This document shows, piece by piece, positions 59,713-64,000 of a stretch of 64,000 nt of DNA (its first letter is position 1; each line of letters starts with the position of its first letter). The stretch is from an uncultured Acidobacteriota bacterium (GTDB lineage: Bacteria; Acidobacteriota; Thermoanaerobaculia; Gp7-AA8): NCBI GenBank assembly GCA_963793695.1, contig CAWCBB010000016.1:268603-332602 (forward strand), in the 5' to 3' direction. The notes under the pieces were generated by a model, which was not told where the DNA came from, searched no databases, and saw only the letters and a program-made list of their open reading frames with translations. The position numbers and the translations under genes were made by a program.

Positions 59713-61008
59713 TCAGCTGGACGAGTCGCTCCCGAGGTCGATCGTGAGCGTGCGAAGCCTCGTTTCTTCGTCGAGGTCGACCGTCCGGCTCTCCTTTTTT
59801 ACCACAGTCCCGCCCTCATCCTCGAAGGAAAGCTCCACGCGGACGCGGCGCGAGCGGGAGAGGGTCTCGTCGGCGACCTCGATCTCGACTTTGCGCGCCG
59901 CCTCTTTCGCGCGTCCGGTGAGTCTCGTGTTTTCGGACCGCGGACGTCTGTGTCGCCCGCTTCCGCAGCTGTTCGAGCTCCGCCATGATGTCGATCGACG
60001 AGCGGACCTTCAGACGACGGACTTCCGGGGCCGCCGCGGGCGCGGGCTCGAGATCGGGCTCGAGATCGGGCGGAACGAGCGGCGCCTCGATCCGCGGCTC
60101 GGGAGGTGAAGGGATCGGCGCCTCGGCGATCAGGTCGGCGTCGAGATCGGCCAGAGTCATGTGATCGACCATCGGCTCCGCCGGGCCGCGATTCCATCGG
60201 CTCCGGCTCGGCGAGCTCCGTCTCGACGCGCGTGGCCACCTCCGGCTCCGGATCTGCCGGCGCGAGCGCTTCGGGAAAGGGCTCCGGCCGCACGACCGGC
60301 GGAGCGGTCGGCGCCGGCGGCGGGATCGTCGCGTGCTGCCGCTGGTGAGGCACCTCGCGAACGTGGAACGCGCCGTGCCGCGCCGCCGGCGCCGCCGCGC
60401 GCGGCGCCTCGTCCCCCATCATCCGCTTCCGGAGCGTCCGGAGCGTGAGCTTCGAGATCACCTTCAGCGTCTCGAAGATGCCCTCGCCGGTCATCGCCGA
60501 CGCCAGGACGGCTTCGTACGTTCCCGCGGGGTCGATCCGGGAGGCGATCTCCGCCGCGTCGGCCACGTTCGGCAGATCGCGTTTGTTGAGCTGGATGACC
60601 AGAGGAATCTCGTCGAGCTCCAGGCCGATCTCCATGAGATTCTCGCGAAGGTTCTGAAAGCTGCTCGACGTCCGCGTCGACCATCGCGCGCTGCGAGTCG
60701 GCGACGAAGACGATCCCGTCGACGCCCTTGAGCACCAGCTTTCGGGTCGTGTTGTAGAAGACCTGCCCCGGGACGGTGTAGAGCTGGAGACGCGTCTTGA
60801 ACCCGCCGATCACGCCGACATCGAGAGGGAGGAGGTCGAAGAAGAGGGTCCGATCCGTCTCGGTCTCGAGGCTCACCATCTCGCCGCGGCTCTGCGGCGA
60901 GGTCTTCTCATAGATGTAGCGGAGATTGGTCGTCTTCCCGCAGAGGCCCGGACCGTAGTACACGATCTTCGCTGCCATCTGCATCGTCGCGTAATTGAAG
61001 AAGACCAT
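59713..61008 (-). CDS. MglA-type small GTPase with long Pro/Glu/Ala-rich linker and C-terminal domain; frameshifted
   Basis: [48 protein letters not shown]; C-tail ...[12 protein letters not shown]. Confidence 0.88.
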
Positions 61009-61119
61009 GTGAGGCAGCAGCTCCCGGGTGCCCGAGGGACGGATGAGACGTGGTCAGGCCGCGCGATGGTAGCACCGGCTTTTCCGGGGGGTCAAGAAAG
61101 GGGGGGCGTTCGCAGAAAG

Positions 61120-61932
61120 CTAATGATTTCTGTCAGTTCCGCAGACCCGACGCCATCCCTGCGAACCGCCTCTGCGATCTCCAGCCCCAGCCGCCGGTAG
61201 AGCTCCGCGCGGTCGGGATCCGCGGCGGCGAGAGCGTCGAGATGGCGCTGGATCGTCGCTTTCTCCGCCCGGAATACGGGGCCGGTGAACCGCTCGCGCG
61301 AGCTTTCCCAGTTGTCGACGGCCGATCGCGCGAGAGCGGCGAGCGGCCGCTTTCATCGACGCTCCCCGGAGGCCGCAGCGCCCGAAGAGATCCGCGGCGG
61401 CCTCCAGGAGCGCGGCGACTCCGTTCGATCCGAGGACCGCGCTCGCGTGATAGAGCGGCTTGGAGGCCGGGTCGATTTCGGCGAAGGCGCCTCCCAGGCA
61501 GCTCGCGATCTCCCGCGCCGGCTCGCGCGTGGACGGCGCCCCCTCGAAGACGAAGAGCGTTCCCGTCAGGTCGACCGGCTCGCCGAGGGGCGGCAGCGAG
61601 CGGAGGGGGTGGAGCGAGAATGCGCGAGCCCCTTCGCCGAAGACGGCGCTCGAGACGGAACCGCTGGGGTGAAAGAGGAGCGTGGCCGGTGCGGCCGCGG
61701 CGGCGATCCCGGATGCGAGCGCCTCGAGCGAGGCGTCGGGAAGCGCGAGCAGGAGGAGATCGGACGAGGCGATCAGCTCCTCCTGCGGGAGGGAGGGGAC
61801 GCCGAGCCGCGCCGGAAGATCGCTCGGCGATCCGGCGCGGAGGGTCACGCCGGCGAGCGGCCGTCCCGCTCTCCGCCAGCCGCTTCCAAACGCCCATGCG
61901 GCGCGCCCGCCGCCCACGATTCCGAGCTTCAT
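61120..61932 (-). CDS. Rossmann-like plus DUF2520 domain protein; C-terminus frameshifted
   Basis: GIVGGG, LPD, FHPSGS, SLHPL, KPLYHA.AV..SN, FTGP..RG in a shifted frame. Confidence 0.85.
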   Translation of the reverse strand: MKLGIVGGGRAAWAFGSGWRRAGRPLAGVTLRAGSPSDLPARLGVPSLPQEELIASSDLLLLALPDASLEALASGIAAAAAPATLLFHPSGSVSSAVFGEGARAFSLHPLRSLPPLGEPVDLTGTLFVFEGAPSTREPAREIASCLGGAFAEIDPASKPLYHASAVLGSNGVAALLEAAADLFGRCGLRGASMKAAARRSRAIGRRQLGKLARAVHRPRIPGGESDDPAPSRRSRRRGSRPRGALPAAGAGDRRGGSQGWRRVCGTDRNH

Positions 61933-61946
61933 CGACCCCAGGCCGC

Positions 61947-61953
61947 TATCATA
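61947..61953. promoter_or_regulatory. Overlapping back-to-back -10 hexamers (TATCAT on +, TATGAT on -) in a 26-bp divergent gap
   Basis: gcTATCATAgc; + ATG 6 nt downstream, - ATG 15 nt downstream; no SD. Confidence 0.55.
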
Positions 61954-61958
61954 GCTTC

Positions 61959-62322
61959 ATGCGTACCCTCGCGATCGTCCTCGCGGCCGCGGCGCTGGCG
62001 CTTCCGGCGGCGAGGGCCGCCGCCGCGCCGGCGGCGGTCTGCCGCGGGGACCTCGACCCGTACGGGGCGGCCTCTGCCACTATCTCCGGGGCGACCTCGA
62101 GGGGGCGCGCGCGGCTTCGAGGCGGTCGTCGCGGAGGACGAGCCTCGCCCGGAGACGTTGAAGGCGCGCTACTTTCTCGCGCGTTCGCTCATGAAACTGC
62201 GGCGATGGGAGGAGGCGTCGGGAGAGCTGATCAAAATTTATTCGCTCTCGCCGTCCTTCTATAAAGAGTGGAGCTGCGATTTTCTCCTCGGGGAAGCGCG
62301 GCGCGGGATGGGGTTGGAGTGA
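61959..62322 (+). CDS. Small secreted TPR-like protein; frameshifted
   Basis: Signal peptide MRTLAIVLAAAALALPAARA; ARYFLARSLMKL.RWEEA..EL. Confidence 0.65.
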
Positions 62323-62327
62323 GCCGA

Positions 62328-62432
62328 CATTGCAGATTGCAGAATGCAGATTGCAGATTGAGGGGAGAGTTCGTGCGCGGCGTTGCGGCCGCGCCGTGCC
62401 TTCAATCTGCAATCTGCGATCTGCAATCTGCA
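62328..62432. repeat. Inverted heptamer arrays (ATTGCAG)n...(CAATCTG)n around a GC hairpin core of about 40 nt
   Basis: cattgcagattgcagaatgcagattgcagattg ... caatctgcaatctgcgatctgcaatctgcattc. Confidence 0.88.
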
Positions 62433-62459
62433 TTCGGGGGCAAGGGGAGGATCACGCTG

Positions 62460-63998
62460 ATGCCATCCTCCTCCTTCGAACAGAAGCGCAAGCTCCTCCA
62501 GCTCGAGGCGCTCTACGACGTGGGCCGCGCGCTCAACACGCTGCGCCCGGAAGAGGACCTGCTCGAGGAGCTGCTGCTTCGGGCGATCGCCCTGGCCGAC
62601 GCTTCCTTCGGCTTCGCGGTCGCCGTCGATCAATCGCTGGCGATCCAGCACCTCTACACCGTCGGCGTCGAGCGGGAAGCGCTCGGGGAGCAGTTGATGG
62701 GGAACGAGCCGATGCGCCGCGCCCTCGCGATGCGGACGCCGGTCTCGTCCGAGGCGGGGCTGCTGGTCGCGGGGCAGGAGGGAACGGTCCTCATCGCCCC
62801 GATGCTCGCGGCGGAAACCGCGATCGGAGCCCTCGCCGTCGGCGGAAAAGAGCAGAGAGGGGCCAAGGCGGGATCCTTCGACGAAGACGACCTCCGCTTC
62901 CTCGGCTCGCTCGCCGCGATCGGCGCGGCGGCGATCGACAACACGCGCAATTTCCACCGGCTCGAGCTCGTCCGCGCCTCGCTCGAGGACGAGAACCGCT
63001 CGCTCAAGCAGCGGATGCTGCGCGAGTACAGCGACCGGCTCATGATCGGCGACTCCGCGGCGATGCAGCGCGTGATCGATCTCGTCGCCCGCGTCGCGGG
63101 AAGCCACGCGAACGTGATCATTCGCGGCGAGTCGGGCACCGGCAAGGAGATGGTCGCGCGGCTCATCCACGGCAACTCGCCGCGCCGCGACAAACCGTTC
63201 GTCGCGATCAACTGCGCCGCCCTCCCCGAGACTCTCCTCGAGTCCGAGCTGTTCGGCATCGAGCGCGGCGTCGCGACCGGGGTCGAAGCGCGCCCCGGCA
63301 AGTTCGAGATCGCCAGCGGCGGGACGGTCTTCCTCGACGAGATCGGCGACATCCCCGTCACGCTCCAGGCCAAGCTTCTCCGCGTCCTGCAGGAGCGCGA
63401 GATCGAGAAGCTCGGCGGCCGGCGCCGCATCCCCGTCGACGTCCGGATCCTCGCCGCCACCCACCGCCCGCTCGAGAAGATGATCGAGTCGGCCGAGTTC
63501 CGCCAGGACCTCTACTACCGCCTTCGGGTGGTCGAGATCTTCCTCCCGCCGCTCCGCGATCGGAAGGAGGACATTCCCAAGCTCGTCCGCTACTTCATCG
63601 AAAAATACGGGGCGCGGGAAGGGCTCGCCGGCGTCCGGATCTCCCAGCAGGCGCTCCAGAAGCTGATGCGCTACCCGTTTCCCGGGAACGTGCGGGAGCT
63701 CGAGAACCTCATCGAGGGCGCGCTCGCGGTGACGGTCGACCCGGTCATCGACGCGGACGAGCTCCTCCTCCCGGAAGGGGGGAAGGGAAAGGGAGGGGGC
63801 GACCTGGCGGCGGATTTTCCGGAGTTGCGGGAGCTCGAGCGGCGGTACATGACGCTCGTTCTCGAACAGACCGGGGGCAACATCACGGAAGCGGCCAGAA
63901 TTCTGGGGGTCGATCGAAAGACTCTCTATCGGAAGAAAGAGCTGTTGTCCCAGAATGCCACAGATGGCCCAAAATGGGATCATGGTGTAACTAACTAA
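62460..63998 (+). CDS. GAF plus sigma54-interaction AAA+ plus Fis-type HTH transcriptional regulator
   Basis: GESGTGKE, AINCAALPE.LLESELFG, FLDEIG, LQAKLLRVLQE, FRQDLYYRL, GNVRELEN, AAR.LG..R.TLYRK; GAFTGA replaced by GVATGV. Confidence 0.93.
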   Translation: MPSSSFEQKRKLLQLEALYDVGRALNTLRPEEDLLEELLLRAIALADASFGFAVAVDQSLAIQHLYTVGVEREALGEQLMGNEPMRRALAMRTPVSSEAGLLVAGQEGTVLIAPMLAAETAIGALAVGGKEQRGAKAGSFDEDDLRFLGSLAAIGAAAIDNTRNFHRLELVRASLEDENRSLKQRMLREYSDRLMIGDSAAMQRVIDLVARVAGSHANVIIRGESGTGKEMVARLIHGNSPRRDKPFVAINCAALPETLLESELFGIERGVATGVEARPGKFEIASGGTVFLDEIGDIPVTLQAKLLRVLQEREIEKLGGRRRIPVDVRILAATHRPLEKMIESAEFRQDLYYRLRVVEIFLPPLRDRKEDIPKLVRYFIEKYGAREGLAGVRISQQALQKLMRYPFPGNVRELENLIEGALAVTVDPVIDADELLLPEGGKGKGGGDLAADFPELRELERRYMTLVLEQTGGNITEAARILGVDRKTLYRKKELLSQNATDGPKWDHGVTN

Positions 63999-64000
63999 AT

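Noticed and set aside
55187-61008. Dense frameshifts in ileS, the MltD-like gene and the GTPase (also RND pumps, BNR protein, PBP1B, mutase, queG, pfk) as pseudogenes or programmed frameshifting
   Set aside because: They hit essential genes, coding quality is intact on both sides, shifts go in both directions at GC runs and no slippery heptamers are evident. Long-read indel error is the simpler explanation; read polishing would confirm.

Overview
Very high-GC bacterial chromosomal segment with mostly housekeeping, envelope and signalling genes. The gene content (three DUF4388 proteins, TonB-ExbB-ExbD-ExbD, an MglA-type GTPase, a four-helix-bundle gene bracketed by heptamer arrays) suggests Acidobacteriota, possibly Thermoanaerobaculia; this is inference, not a database result. 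Many genes, including essential ones (ileS, PBP1B, pfk, queG, methylmalonyl-CoA mutase, RND pumps), are broken by single-base frameshifts, best explained as uncorrected long-read indel errors, so they are annotated as CDSs with approximate ends. RNA genes: tRNA-Sec(UCA), tRNA-Ala(GGC) and a candidate 6S-like ncRNA. No CRISPR array, integrase, transposase, reverse transcriptase or prophage gene is visible. The most unusual signal is intergenic: (i) inverted pairs of tandem 7-mer (and 9-mer) arrays that abut stop codons and enclose either an Avd-like four-helix-bundle gene or a short non-coding core; (ii) a 250-bp MITE with perfect 18-bp IS4-like TIRs and a 12-bp target duplication that carries a CGTC-type REP doublet; (iii) three different REP families, with GTAG REPs overlapping TAG stop codons.
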